Source: an uncultured virus (IMG/VR IMGVR_UViG_3300017917_003066) (Duplodnaviria; Heunggongvirae; Uroviricota; Caudoviricetes). From it: 64,000 nt of DNA. The translations under genes and the position numbers were made by a program. Below are positions 18,827-29,655 of this stretch, one piece after another. The notes beneath the pieces were generated by a model that ran no database searches, was not told where the DNA came from, and saw only the letters and a program-made list of their open reading frames with translations. The first letter of the stretch is position 1. Each line of letters opens with the position of its first letter. Where the stretch lies: IMG/VR virus record IMGVR_UViG_3300017917_003066. One strand, given 5' to 3'.

Positions 18827-19226
18827 AATTTACATGGTTAGATCTTACTTTGAAGATTTTGAATCTTCAAGTTGGAAAATTATTGGTCTTTTTACTGATA
18901 AAAAAGTAGCAGAAGAAACTGCTAAAAAATGGGAAGACTTCTATGAAGAAAAACAATATAGTGTTTTTAATGAACCAAAAGGTTGGAAACCAAGTGAAGA
19001 AGATTTATCATATGATGAAGATTGTTCTTGGCAAGAGTCACATGAATATTCAATAAGATCCTCTCAATATGGTGAGATTCTTAACTTTAAAGAAATAGAA
19101 ATTGAAGAGTTTGATTTGAATAAAGATATATCATTAACATCAGGCGATCCATATATAAATGAATACCTTTTGAGTTTAATGACTCAATGGGATAGAAACC
19201 ACAAATTAGAAAAAATAATCAAATAA
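18819..19226 (+). CDS. Hypothetical protein with C-terminal motif
   Basis: Ends DRNHKLEKIIK. Confidence 0.6.
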   Translation: MDKIYMVRSYFEDFESSSWKIIGLFTDKKVAEETAKKWEDFYEEKQYSVFNEPKGWKPSEEDLSYDEDCSWQESHEYSIRSSQYGEILNFKEIEIEEFDLNKDISLTSGDPYINEYLLSLMTQWDRNHKLEKIIK

Positions 19227-20510
<1,284 letters not shown>

Positions 20511-20512
20511 TT

Positions 20513-20701
20513 ATGATACAGGAAACAATTAAACAAATTAAAGAACTGAACAATAAGATAAATATTGATAAACATAATGATTATATGTTCAATCAATATA
20601 GAATTGAAAGAGATCAATTAATTTCTAAACTAGAAAAAGAAATTGAAGAATTAAAAGATTTTGATAATTGGAAAGAATGGAAAAACTCTGTATATTTGTA
20701 G
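20513..20701 (+). CDS. Hypothetical small protein
   Basis: ORF directly after purA. Confidence 0.5.
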   Translation: MIQETIKQIKELNNKINIDKHNDYMFNQYRIERDQLISKLEKEIEELKDFDNWKEWKNSVYL

Positions 20702-20702
20702 T

Positions 20703-21158
20703 ATGAAAACTTCAGATAAAAAAAGAGTGTATGTTGATATGGATGGTGTTCTTTGTAACTTCTACAAAGCCGCTAAACAAGCTCTTACAGAAAGTCCAAA
20801 TCAAAAATATCCACAATCTCAGTGGGGTTTCTTTTTGAAGTTAGAGGAAATTCCTGGTGCTATTGAAGGTTTCAGAAAACTTGAAGAAAAATATGACGTT
20901 TGGGTTTTAACTCGTCCTTCTTTTAGAAATGTAAACTGTTATACTGAAAAAGCTCAGTGGATTTGGGACCACTTAGGTTTTGATATTGTTGAGAAAACAA
21001 TTATGGCTCCAAATAAATCATTCTTAAAAGGTGATTATCTTATTGATGATATGGGTAATGCTGGTCAAGAAGAGTTTGAAGGTGAGTGGATTCACTTTAA
21101 AACAGAAAAATTCCCAAATTGGGAATCTGTTGTTGAATATTTGATGAATAAAGATTAA
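20703..21158 (+). CDS. 5'(3')-deoxyribonucleotidase (NT5C-type HAD), start revised
   Basis: VDMDGVL, EKAQW, GDYLIDD; TATATTTG promoter 4 nt upstream. Confidence 0.9.
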   Translation: MKTSDKKRVYVDMDGVLCNFYKAAKQALTESPNQKYPQSQWGFFLKLEEIPGAIEGFRKLEEKYDVWVLTRPSFRNVNCYTEKAQWIWDHLGFDIVEKTIMAPNKSFLKGDYLIDDMGNAGQEEFEGEWIHFKTEKFPNWESVVEYLMNKD

Positions 21159-21847
21159 GGTTGTTTTTGTTCTTTATTATCACTCATTGTTTTCATACCC
21201 ATTAAGGTACCGATAATACTAAATGCGTTTGTTAATAAAATACTCATTATATTTACCCAAGAAGAACCAATAACATCTGTATTAAAACCGGCAAATAAAG
21301 ACATAACATAAACTAATGTTACCGTTATTCCAACACCAAGAATAACCCAAAGTGCTACTTTAACTATATTACCAATTAATTCAAATTGAGTTTTCTTTTG
21401 CATTAGTTCTAAGTCATTAACTGCTGAGTTTTTTGCTTGCTCGGCTTCTTGTCTTGCTTTTTCTGCTTCAACTCTAGCGTTTTCTGCCTCATGTCTTGCT
21501 TTTTCTGCATCTTCTAAAGCATTTTCAGCTTCTTGTTTAGCAACCAACATAGCTTGATTTGACTCTTCTGCTTCTTCAAGTGCTCTAGTTAATTGAGAAT
21601 TAACTCTTTCGTTTTCTTTTTTCCATTTAGTTAAGTCAGCATTTTGACTTTGAACTTGTCTAGTTACATCTAATCTTTTTCTACGAACCTCTTTATCTTT
21701 ATCTGTAGCTTCTTGTATGTATTTCTCAAAATCAGGATCACCATCAGAGTCAATTACTTTTAAAATATTTCCTTCAAGACTAATTTTTTTAGCCTTGTAA
21801 AGTTCAAGTAATTGACTCTTAGTGTTCTTATCTATTTTTATCATCAT
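21155..21847 (-). CDS. Coiled-coil protein with two C-terminal TM helices
   Basis: AEKAR/AENAR heptad repeats; hydrophobic C-terminus. Confidence 0.7.
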   Translation of the reverse strand: MMIKIDKNTKSQLLELYKAKKISLEGNILKVIDSDGDPDFEKYIQEATDKDKEVRRKRLDVTRQVQSQNADLTKWKKENERVNSQLTRALEEAEESNQAMLVAKQEAENALEDAEKARHEAENARVEAEKARQEAEQAKNSAVNDLELMQKKTQFELIGNIVKVALWVILGVGITVTLVYVMSLFAGFNTDVIGSSWVNIMSILLTNAFSIIGTLMGMKTMSDNKEQKQP

Positions 21848-21852
21848 AAAAA

Positions 21853-22290
21853 TTATTTATAAATCTTAAAAGGAGCAGTTCTCTTTTTGTAACCGTCATA
21901 ATCCTTTCTAAATTCTTCTAATCTTGGTTCAATATCATCTGATTTAATAATCCAGAATTGAGCACCTGCCGCAACAGCCTTTGCTTGCTCTTCTGATTCA
22001 TTAGAAGAAGATATAATACCAATAACTACATTATTACCATATTCGAAATTAATCTTTCTTATAAGTTCTATACCGTCAAAAGAAGACCCAACTATATTTA
22101 AATCAACAAATACACATTCTGGTCTCTCCTCAACCGGTCCTTCTTTAAACCACTTCTTAAAAAGCTTTTCAGCTTCATCTGAACTCGTTAAACTTTGTAA
22201 TGATAAAGTTATATCTAAAAGACTACAAGCATCTTCAAATACTAAGTGAAACAAGTCTTCATCATCTACCAATAAAATTGAATCTATCAT
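21853..22290 (-). CDS. Single-domain response regulator (receiver)
   Basis: LLVDDE, FVDLN, DGIELI, ISSS, IIK. Confidence 0.9.
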   Translation of the reverse strand: MIDSILLVDDEDLFHLVFEDACSLLDITLSLQSLTSSDEAEKLFKKWFKEGPVEERPECVFVDLNIVGSSFDGIELIRKINFEYGNNVVIGIISSSNESEEQAKAVAAGAQFWIIKSDDIEPRLEEFRKDYDGYKKRTAPFKIYK

Positions 22291-22300
22291 TTTTTTATTT

Positions 22301-22825
22301 TTATTTTTGTTCTAGCATTTGAATGCTTATTAATAATTTAATTTCATCACCAACCATCGCATTACCTTTACCTGAAAGTGCGTTGAATGTTAATCCGTAA
22401 TCTGCTCTGTTTACTTTACCACTTAATTCAAATCCATGTTTAGTTTGACCGTAAAAGTCAACGTCATTACCATTATAAGAACCACTTAATACTATTGGTC
22501 TAGTGATTCCACGAATTGTTAAGTCACCTGTTACTATATAGTCACCACCATCTTTTTCAATTGAAGTTGATGTATAAGTAATTTTTGGATATTCATCTGC
22601 TGCAAAAAAGTCAGGTGATTTTAAGTGAGCATCTCTATCAGATATATTTGTATAGATAGAATCCACATCACATTCAAAAGTAATTTTAGCATCTGAGAAG
22701 TCTTCTTTTTCACTTTCCATAGTAGCATCAAATTTTTGAAAACAACCATTAACAGTTGATATCATCATGTGTTTTACTTTGAAAGCAATGTCAGAGTGTA
22801 AAGGGTCAATTTTGTAAGTTGCCAT
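22301..22825 (-). CDS. YceI-family protein
   Basis: IDPLHSDIAFKVKH, RDAHLKSPDFF, GDLTIRG. Confidence 0.92.
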   Translation of the reverse strand: MATYKIDPLHSDIAFKVKHMMISTVNGCFQKFDATMESEKEDFSDAKITFECDVDSIYTNISDRDAHLKSPDFFAADEYPKITYTSTSIEKDGGDYIVTGDLTIRGITRPIVLSGSYNGNDVDFYGQTKHGFELSGKVNRADYGLTFNALSGKGNAMVGDEIKLLISIQMLEQK

Positions 22826-22842
22826 ATTATTTATTTTATTTT

Positions 22843-24633
22843 TTATTTTATTTGTATTTTCATTTTTGTACCTACCTCATTCTTTTCACAAGAAACTTTA
22901 AATCCGTGTTCTTTTAATATAGCAACACAGATATTAAGACCAAGACCAGTACCTGTTTCTTTTTGTCCTTCTTTTCTAGTATATGGTTGTGATAGATATT
23001 CAAAGTCAGCTTGAGTCATTCCTCTACCATTATCTTGTATAGCAATATGTGACTCATCTTCCATAAAGATAGCAACTAACTTAGCTTCACTATCATTATA
23101 TTTTAAACCATTACGAATTAAATTATCAATTGCGGTACAGAAAAGTGCCTGATTAACCTCAATTGTTGGTAAATGGTCAATTGCTACTTGACTAGAATAT
23201 GATGTATTTGAAAGATAATCTAATAAAATAACTCTTAAATCATGAGATTCTTTGTTTAACTCAGCATCTTTTTTAACTAAATTAGTAAATTCATAAACAC
23301 CCTTGTAAACTTTTTGAGTATGTTGAAGACCTTCTTTAATCATTTTAAGAGGTGATTCTATCTTTAACTCTTTAATAACCTCTGGTGTTAATCTTCTTTC
23401 TAACGAACTTATACCTCTTGGCATATAAGTATTAATACCTGAGTGCATATCATGTCTGAGAATTTTAGCAGCATGTTCTAAGTAAGTATTCTTTTTATTA
23501 ATTTCTTCTATATTATTTTGAATCTCTTGAGTACTCACAATAACATCTGTCACATCATAACCAATAGACATAAAACCAGACAACTCATCATATTCATCAA
23601 AGTCTGCTTTTATATAAGTATCTATATAATATAAATCTCCATACTTATCCTTGTTGGTAACAACTTCATGCCATATTTGTTTTTCTTTTATTGTTGTTCT
23701 GTACATATCTTTCCAGAAAATTTTAGAGTGTTCACCTGAACTAACGACATTTAAAGACTTTCCCTTTAAATCCCTAAGTCTCCAATTAGAAACCTCTTCG
23801 AATCTTTTATTCACATAAATAATATTACTTTCTTTATCTGTTTTTGTAACTATAACTGATGAGTCAACAAACTTATCAAAGTCTAGTAAACTCTTACTTA
23901 CTTTATTTCCTTCTTTAACCGAAAAAGCAAAAGAGTAAAGAGAAGATAACATCTGAGCAAAGTCTACCTCACAGTCACTCCAACCTCTTAATGTTAAACT
24001 CTCAATACAAATAACACCTATTACACTACCTCTGTATATAATAGGAACATCTAACATAGATTTAATACCTAAAGGTTTAAGATAGCCTTCAGTGAAACAA
24101 GATGTTGCTGGGTGTGTTTCCGCATTTTCGGCTATTATAATTGGATCTACTAATAAATGGTCAAAATAACCAGTAAAATCTTTTTTAAATAACTCAATAT
24201 CTGAATACCAAGAATCCTCAGCTTTTATATAAAGTTGTTGACAAATTATAGATGTTTTATCTTTGTTATATAACCAAATTGAACATCTATCAGCACCAAT
24301 AGATTGTGTTACTTCTTTTGTTAATAGCTTACCACCTTCTGATATTCTACCTTCATAGAATAGAGTATTATGTGATTGTGATATAATAACATCATTTAAT
24401 TTGTTTAAATAAGTGTTTCTTTTTTGAACTTCTTTAGATTTTTTTAAAAACTCCATAACTACAACAATGAAAAAAGGAACAAAACCTAAAAAACAACCAT
24501 AACCAAGATAGCCAATTTTTTCAGAGTATTTAATATACTCAAATACAAGTGCAGATTGTAGGATAAAATAAAATAACATTATTAATCCTGACATTACTAA
24601 AGATATTATATACTTAAATGACATTGTTTTCAT
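22843..24633 (-). CDS. Membrane sensor histidine kinase (2 TM, GAF, PAS, HATPase)
   Basis: GAF (RCSIWLY...SMLDVPI), PAS (IIYVNKRF), H-box LRHDMH, NLIRNG, DNGRGM, GTGLGL. Confidence 0.92.
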   Translation of the reverse strand: MKTMSFKYIISLVMSGLIMLFYFILQSALVFEYIKYSEKIGYLGYGCFLGFVPFFIVVVMEFLKKSKEVQKRNTYLNKLNDVIISQSHNTLFYEGRISEGGKLLTKEVTQSIGADRCSIWLYNKDKTSIICQQLYIKAEDSWYSDIELFKKDFTGYFDHLLVDPIIIAENAETHPATSCFTEGYLKPLGIKSMLDVPIIYRGSVIGVICIESLTLRGWSDCEVDFAQMLSSLYSFAFSVKEGNKVSKSLLDFDKFVDSSVIVTKTDKESNIIYVNKRFEEVSNWRLRDLKGKSLNVVSSGEHSKIFWKDMYRTTIKEKQIWHEVVTNKDKYGDLYYIDTYIKADFDEYDELSGFMSIGYDVTDVIVSTQEIQNNIEEINKKNTYLEHAAKILRHDMHSGINTYMPRGISSLERRLTPEVIKELKIESPLKMIKEGLQHTQKVYKGVYEFTNLVKKDAELNKESHDLRVILLDYLSNTSYSSQVAIDHLPTIEVNQALFCTAIDNLIRNGLKYNDSEAKLVAIFMEDESHIAIQDNGRGMTQADFEYLSQPYTRKEGQKETGTGLGLNICVAILKEHGFKVSCEKNEVGTKMKIQIK

Positions 24634-24672
24634 AGTGCTTAAGTATATATTGTAATGTGAAATCGAAAAAAA

Positions 24673-25068
24673 TTAAATATTTTCTTGAATATTATCAGAA
24701 TCCTTTGTATCTGTTAACATACCTCTATGATCTTTTGGTAAAAAATCAAATCCATATTTTTTACCAAGTACTATTAGTAAAGGGGTAATTGGTATTGGAA
24801 TAGGAATTCCCGATATAGCAACAAGTGGTAAAATTCTAGCAATATCTTTTGACTGAGCCTTTAAAAACTTTTTTTCATTTTCAGAAACTTCTTCACCTTT
24901 AATCATTCTAGATAATATTTCTATAGCCAGTTTTGTTTCTTCGCCTTCAATTTTTGTAGCAGACCAAACATCAGATGCCATCTTACCACCTTTTTTAATT
25001 AAATCATTAAGATAGTTACCTACCTTTTCAAAACCATTAAAGCTTTCAAACTTTTTTATTCTTTTCAT
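24673..25068 (-). CDS. Hypothetical protein
   Basis: MKRIKKFESF N-terminus; TTAATATATA upstream. Confidence 0.6.
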   Translation of the reverse strand: MKRIKKFESFNGFEKVGNYLNDLIKKGGKMASDVWSATKIEGEETKLAIEILSRMIKGEEVSENEKKFLKAQSKDIARILPLVAISGIPIPIPITPLLIVLGKKYGFDFLPKDHRGMLTDTKDSDNIQENI

Positions 25069-25183
25069 ATAGAATTATATATTAATTAAGATACAATGTA
25101 AATATAATAATTCATGTAACATCATGATGATATTCTATAATATTACTTTGGATTTTCAAAATTTTTTTAATATATTTGTAATT

Positions 25184-25936
25184 ATGCGTTTACTATATCT
25201 AGGAGACATACACGGTAACTTTAAACTAATTCACGACTATGTGAAGATGTATAATATTACTGATGCTCATATAGTTCAAGTTGGAGATTTTGGTGTTGGC
25301 TTTCAAACAGTTGATAAAGAGAAACGTATGCTTGAAATGTATCATACACAACTTGTAAAAAATAATGTTCATGTTTGGGCTATTCGTGGAAATCATGACT
25401 ATAAACCACACTTTGACAATGATCCATTTGGATTCACAAATATTCATTTAATTGCTGACTATACAGTACTTAATCTAGCTGAAAAAAATATTCTTTGTGT
25501 TGGTGGTGCTGTGAGTGTTGATCGTGAATGGCGTTATACAAAAAAACAAAAGCAAGGCATTTTCGAAAATACCTTACTGGGTGTAGAGAGCTGGTGGCCG
25601 GATGAGAAATTTATACTTGATAAGGATAAAGTTAAAGACCTAAGAGATATTGACATTATGGTAACTCATACTTGTCCAGATTATTGCACACCTGATAATA
25701 CATTTGGATTAGGTCCTTTCGTAGAAGGTATAATTAGAGATACAGGTGATACTGGTTTAAGAACAGACCTTCTTGTTGAAAGAAACCAAGTTAAAGATTT
25801 GTTTAGTATTGTTAAATTAAATAACGATATAACACATCACTATTACGGTCACTTCCATAGAAGTGATGTAATGAATCTATATGGAACCAAACATCGACTT
25901 TTAGGAATTGGTGAACTTTACGAAGAGAGAGATTAA
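25184..25936 (+). CDS. Calcineurin-like metallophosphoesterase (start revised)
   Basis: GDIHG, VGDFG, RGNHD, THT, GHFH. Confidence 0.92.
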   Translation: MRLLYLGDIHGNFKLIHDYVKMYNITDAHIVQVGDFGVGFQTVDKEKRMLEMYHTQLVKNNVHVWAIRGNHDYKPHFDNDPFGFTNIHLIADYTVLNLAEKNILCVGGAVSVDREWRYTKKQKQGIFENTLLGVESWWPDEKFILDKDKVKDLRDIDIMVTHTCPDYCTPDNTFGLGPFVEGIIRDTGDTGLRTDLLVERNQVKDLFSIVKLNNDITHHYYGHFHRSDVMNLYGTKHRLLGIGELYEERD

Positions 25937-25960
25937 ACATTCTCTCTTTTCTTTTTTATA

Positions 25961-26161
25961 ATGACTATGAGAAGTTCAACTGTCATATGTATAAGATGGA
26001 AAATAACAGGACGTATAGAGTTATTTAATAACTTAGGTAAGTTATATTCATCATACTCCGATGGTATTCTTGGTGTTAGTAGACACACTCTAAATAGAAA
26101 AGATTTATTTGAAGGCTTTCAAAATGAATTTGTAGAAATTTATAAAATGCGTTTAAATTAA
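25961..26161 (+). CDS. Hypothetical small protein
   Basis: ORF track. Confidence 0.45.
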   Translation: MTMRSSTVICIRWKITGRIELFNNLGKLYSSYSDGILGVSRHTLNRKDLFEGFQNEFVEIYKMRLN

Positions 26162-26300
26162 AAATAATTTTCATATCTTTGCATTAATATATAGTATATA
26201 ACTGCGTCTCAAGTGGGGTTTAATGTTGATGTTGGGAGGCGTAAGTCAAAAAATAGTAACAATATGGAACCTGGTCCCAGTATAAAATCACGAACGGAAA

Positions 26301-26579
26301 ATGACAAAAGAAAAATTAGCAACACTAAGTCTAATGCTGGGGATGTTTTTCAACCCCTTTGGATTCGACGCTATTCAGATAATGTTGATGAAATTAACTG
26401 GTTCTTACTTAGGAGCCAATTTAATTTTGTATTGCCTTGCGGGATTCTGTTTTGGATTATACTTCTACTTTTCGGGTAATAACCCATTCATAGCTGTAAA
26501 AGATATTATTCGTAGTATCTATGAAGATAAAATAAAACACTATTACTTAAAATATAAATCAAATAAAAAAACCCACTGA
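26301..26579 (+). CDS. Small membrane protein
   Basis: Two hydrophobic segments, FFNPFGFD. Confidence 0.6.
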   Translation: MTKEKLATLSLMLGMFFNPFGFDAIQIMLMKLTGSYLGANLILYCLAGFCFGLYFYFSGNNPFIAVKDIIRSIYEDKIKHYYLKYKSNKKTH

Positions 26580-26593
26580 AGAGTGGGTTTTTT
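26565..26593. terminator. Bidirectional intrinsic terminator
   Basis: A-run, ACCCACT-GAAG-AGTGGGT, T-run between convergent genes. Confidence 0.8.
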
Positions 26594-26609
26594 GTTAAAA
26601 GTACTTATT

Positions 26610-27452
26610 TTATGCTTCGTCTAAAACAACTTCGGACTTTTCTTGTAGCATCATTTCATAAGCTCTAGCAAGTCTAGTCATTCCGATTCCACCACCAAAT
26701 CTTGGAAAGAAATCATAGTTTAAGAAAACTTCAAGTTCAGCCTCCACTCTTTCTCTACCAAAAAGTTCAAAAAGTTTTTCTGAATATTTACCATCTTCAA
26801 TAGTGTAGAACATTTCTCTCATCTTTTCAACGTCACAGCTTCTTTCGGCTGATCCAATTGTTTCTTGACCGTAAAGAATAACATCAACCTTGTTGAATAT
26901 TTCACCATCTTTGTTTTTCATATTCCAGAAAGGATTAGTTCTTCTTGGAAAATATTGTAATGAAACAACTGAACTTTTTTCTTTCCACATTCTTGACTCG
27001 TGTTCATCTTCTAATATTTGAACTCCACCATATTCTTGACAAACATCATCATATTTTACCTCAACTGGTGAATTAAATCCTAAATGTTCTAAAAGTTCTG
27101 ACTCTAATTGTAGTAATTCTTTCATTCCACCTTTTGATTCAAATTCAAACATAGGGAAAATCAATTCGTGTCTACCAGGAATTGGATTTTTTTCTTGACG
27201 ATAAGATGTTGAAATACAAAAACACCCAGGCCATTCTGGATTTCTCAAAAGTTCGTGTTCTAACCACATTTGTCCTGTTTGTGGAAGGGGCCAAACTTCA
27301 CCACTGTAGTTAAATGTAGTGATTGAGTGTGGATTTTCGCAAGCTGCTAAGATTGATAATCTTGATTGTGTTGGGACTTCAATGAAGCCTTTGTTTAAAA
27401 AAAATTCTCGCATTTTTTGTACGAGAGCATGATAAGTTAAAGTGTTTCGCAT
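26610..27452 (-). CDS. Class IIb aaRS catalytic-domain paralog (AsnRS-like / asparagine synthetase-like)
   Basis: GFIEV, SYRQE...RH..FPMFEFE, GGGIGMTRL; no N-terminal anticodon-binding OB domain (280 aa). Confidence 0.8.
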   Translation of the reverse strand: MRNTLTYHALVQKMREFFLNKGFIEVPTQSRLSILAACENPHSITTFNYSGEVWPLPQTGQMWLEHELLRNPEWPGCFCISTSYRQEKNPIPGRHELIFPMFEFESKGGMKELLQLESELLEHLGFNSPVEVKYDDVCQEYGGVQILEDEHESRMWKEKSSVVSLQYFPRRTNPFWNMKNKDGEIFNKVDVILYGQETIGSAERSCDVEKMREMFYTIEDGKYSEKLFELFGRERVEAELEVFLNYDFFPRFGGGIGMTRLARAYEMMLQEKSEVVLDEA

Positions 27453-27547
27453 AAGAAATTTTTTTTTTGAGTCAAGTTAACCTTGTCTCAAAAATTTCAT
27501 CTTTGTATATATCATGAAAGTTATTCTTTGTTTAGTAAAAATTTAAA

Positions 27548-28255
27548 TTATTTTTCAATTTTTTTAACAAACTTATAAGAGACACCAAAAGTCATATTGT
27601 GTATCATTTTGAAATCACTTATACTTCTATAGTTTATAACATCTTGAGCTACAAAACTTAAAGGTTTTCCAGGTAATATTGTTAGTTTTGTATTACCCAT
27701 AACTATATAATCTTTTATTTCTGTTATGCTTGGTTGATAAAAATACTCAGATGATATTGAGAATAGTTTCTTTTCAATTTTTATCTTTGCTCTAAGTGAA
27801 TGTCTTAAAAGTTGTCTAGAATCTATATTAAAAAAGTCAGTAGATTGATATATAAAAGCATAAGATAAAGAAGCTTTACCCCACTTATATTTTTCTTTTA
27901 CACCACCTCCTATACCAATCCAATTATCAGCATTTATTCCTCTTATGAGAGAATAGTTATATTGATAAGTTGTGAATAAATCCCAATGTTCTTTGTTATA
28001 ACCCAAATTTACTTTTTGTATAAATTCATTTTGAGCCAATTTAGGTGAATATCCTAGTTGATAGTTTGTTCCTAAATCAAATGAAATTTTTTTATAATCA
28101 AAAGAATTGTTTCCTATAAAACTTATATTAAATAGGTTTCCATTTTTTGTTTGTGATGAAAGACCTGTTAGTGAATTATCGAGTGATATTTCTTTTTGAG
28201 CTTTAAGTGATAATGTTGATAAAATAGATATTATTAATAATAGAATAAGTCTCAT
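27548..28255 (-). CDS. Outer-membrane beta-barrel (DUF481-like)
   Basis: Signal peptide, amphipathic strands, near-terminal GVSYKF. Confidence 0.65.
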   Translation of the reverse strand: MRLILLLIISILSTLSLKAQKEISLDNSLTGLSSQTKNGNLFNISFIGNNSFDYKKISFDLGTNYQLGYSPKLAQNEFIQKVNLGYNKEHWDLFTTYQYNYSLIRGINADNWIGIGGGVKEKYKWGKASLSYAFIYQSTDFFNIDSRQLLRHSLRAKIKIEKKLFSISSEYFYQPSITEIKDYIVMGNTKLTILPGKPLSFVAQDVINYRSISDFKMIHNMTFGVSYKFVKKIEK

Positions 28256-28346
28256 TTGTAGTGGTTTATTTTTTTGTATAAATTATATATAAAACTCATT
28301 TTTTTAAAAAATAAAAAAATATATAAACAAAATAAAATTAATCACT

Positions 28347-28490
28347 ATGGCTAAGGCAAAAAACACCGAATTAAAATCTTTTAGAAAAAAGGCTAGTAAG
28401 AAAAGACCTGGTATTCATTCTAAGAAGAAAACTGGAAAGCACAAAGGTTCTAAAAACTACAAAAAGCTTTACAGAGGTCAAGGTAGGTAA
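28347..28490 (+). CDS. 47-aa highly basic peptide (not in ORF track)
   Basis: MAKAKNTELKSFRKKASKKRPGIHSKKKTGKHKGSKNYKKLYRGQGR*. Confidence 0.7.
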   Translation: MAKAKNTELKSFRKKASKKRPGIHSKKKTGKHKGSKNYKKLYRGQGR

Positions 28491-28521
28491 ACAATTAGTT
28501 TTTTGCTTTATATAAATTCTA

Positions 28522-28866
28522 ATGGAATTTATCTTACAAATTTTTTGGACAAACTTTATACTATTCCTTTGGTTTGAAACTGATGGCTTTATTGAGTATT
28601 GTAAAATATTTAGAATATCAAGTTTATTTAAAATAGATAAATATGAACAATATAAAAAAGAATCAAATCCTGGTATAAGCTATCACTCATATTTAAGACA
28701 AAAACATAATTCTTTTTTGTCTAGGTTATTTACTTGTGCTCCTTGTTTAAACTTTTGGATAGTATTATTTGTAACCTTATTTTTTAACAGTTTAATGTTA
28801 TATCCTATTATTTACATTACTAGTTATGTAATATATAAATTATTAAAAAGTAAAATCTATGGCTAA
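28522..28866 (+). CDS. Membrane protein with CxxC
   Basis: TCAPCLNFW within hydrophobic segments. Confidence 0.6.
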   Translation: MEFILQIFWTNFILFLWFETDGFIEYCKIFRISSLFKIDKYEQYKKESNPGISYHSYLRQKHNSFLSRLFTCAPCLNFWIVLFVTLFFNSLMLYPIIYITSYVIYKLLKSKIYG

Positions 28867-29119
28867 CATTTCAAGAAATTTATACATAACCTCAAAAGAC
28901 CAATTATATAAGATTATTGATCAAAATGAGGAGTTATCATCAAATAGAATATTTATTCCATTTATAGATGCTATGATGGACCATTATTATGGTTGTAGAT
29001 GTAATGAATCTATTTATGATACTAAATCAAATGATGAGTATGATAAATTAGACAATAAAGATGCTATTAAGTTATTAAAAGATTTCTTTAATTGTGAAAT
29101 AGTTAAATTCACTAAATAA
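28859..29119 (+). CDS. Hypothetical protein
   Basis: Overlaps the stop of the previous ORF. Confidence 0.5.
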   Translation: MANISRNLYITSKDQLYKIIDQNEELSSNRIFIPFIDAMMDHYYGCRCNESIYDTKSNDEYDKLDNKDAIKLLKDFFNCEIVKFTK

Positions 29120-29147
29120 AAAAAGCCACTTAAAAGTGGCTTTTTTT
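29118..29147. terminator. Bidirectional terminator
   Basis: AAAAGCCACTT-A-AAGTGGCTTTT-type inverted repeat between convergent genes. Confidence 0.75.
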
Positions 29148-29165
29148 AATCTTAAATGGTTCTAA

Positions 29166-29582
29166 TTATTGAACTGAAACAACTTCAATATCAAAAATTA
29201 AATCTTTACCAGCGAAAGGATGATTACCATCTATAATAGCGTGGTCTTCATTAACTTCTTTTACTGTTACATTTATAGGCATTCCATTCTCTGCTTGAGC
29301 TTGAAGTGACATACCTACTTCTACTGGACCAGGTAATTGTTCGTTAGGAACTCTAACTACTAAGTCTTCTCTTAATTCACCGTAAGCGTCAGCCGCTGGA
29401 ATATTAACAGTTACTTTATCACCAACATTTTTACCAATAATTGCATTTTCAAATCCAGGTATAATTTGACCAGAACCAACAACAAATTGTAAAGGTGCTT
29501 TTCCTTCTGATGAATCAAAAACTTCACCATTTGTGTGTTTTCCTGTGTAATGTACATCTACTGTATTTCCGTTTTGTATCAT
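29166..29582 (-). CDS. FKBP-type peptidyl-prolyl isomerase (SlyD/SlpA-like)
   Basis: VHYTG, FDSS, IIPGFE, AYG, DGNHPFAGKDLIF. Confidence 0.93.
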   Translation of the reverse strand: MIQNGNTVDVHYTGKHTNGEVFDSSEGKAPLQFVVGSGQIIPGFENAIIGKNVGDKVTVNIPAADAYGELREDLVVRVPNEQLPGPVEVGMSLQAQAENGMPINVTVKEVNEDHAIIDGNHPFAGKDLIFDIEVVSVQ

Positions 29583-29655
29583 TTTAGTATTTTATTTTTT
29601 ATTTGTATATCAAAAGTTTGATTTTGTTTTATATAATAAAACTTTTAATGAAAAA

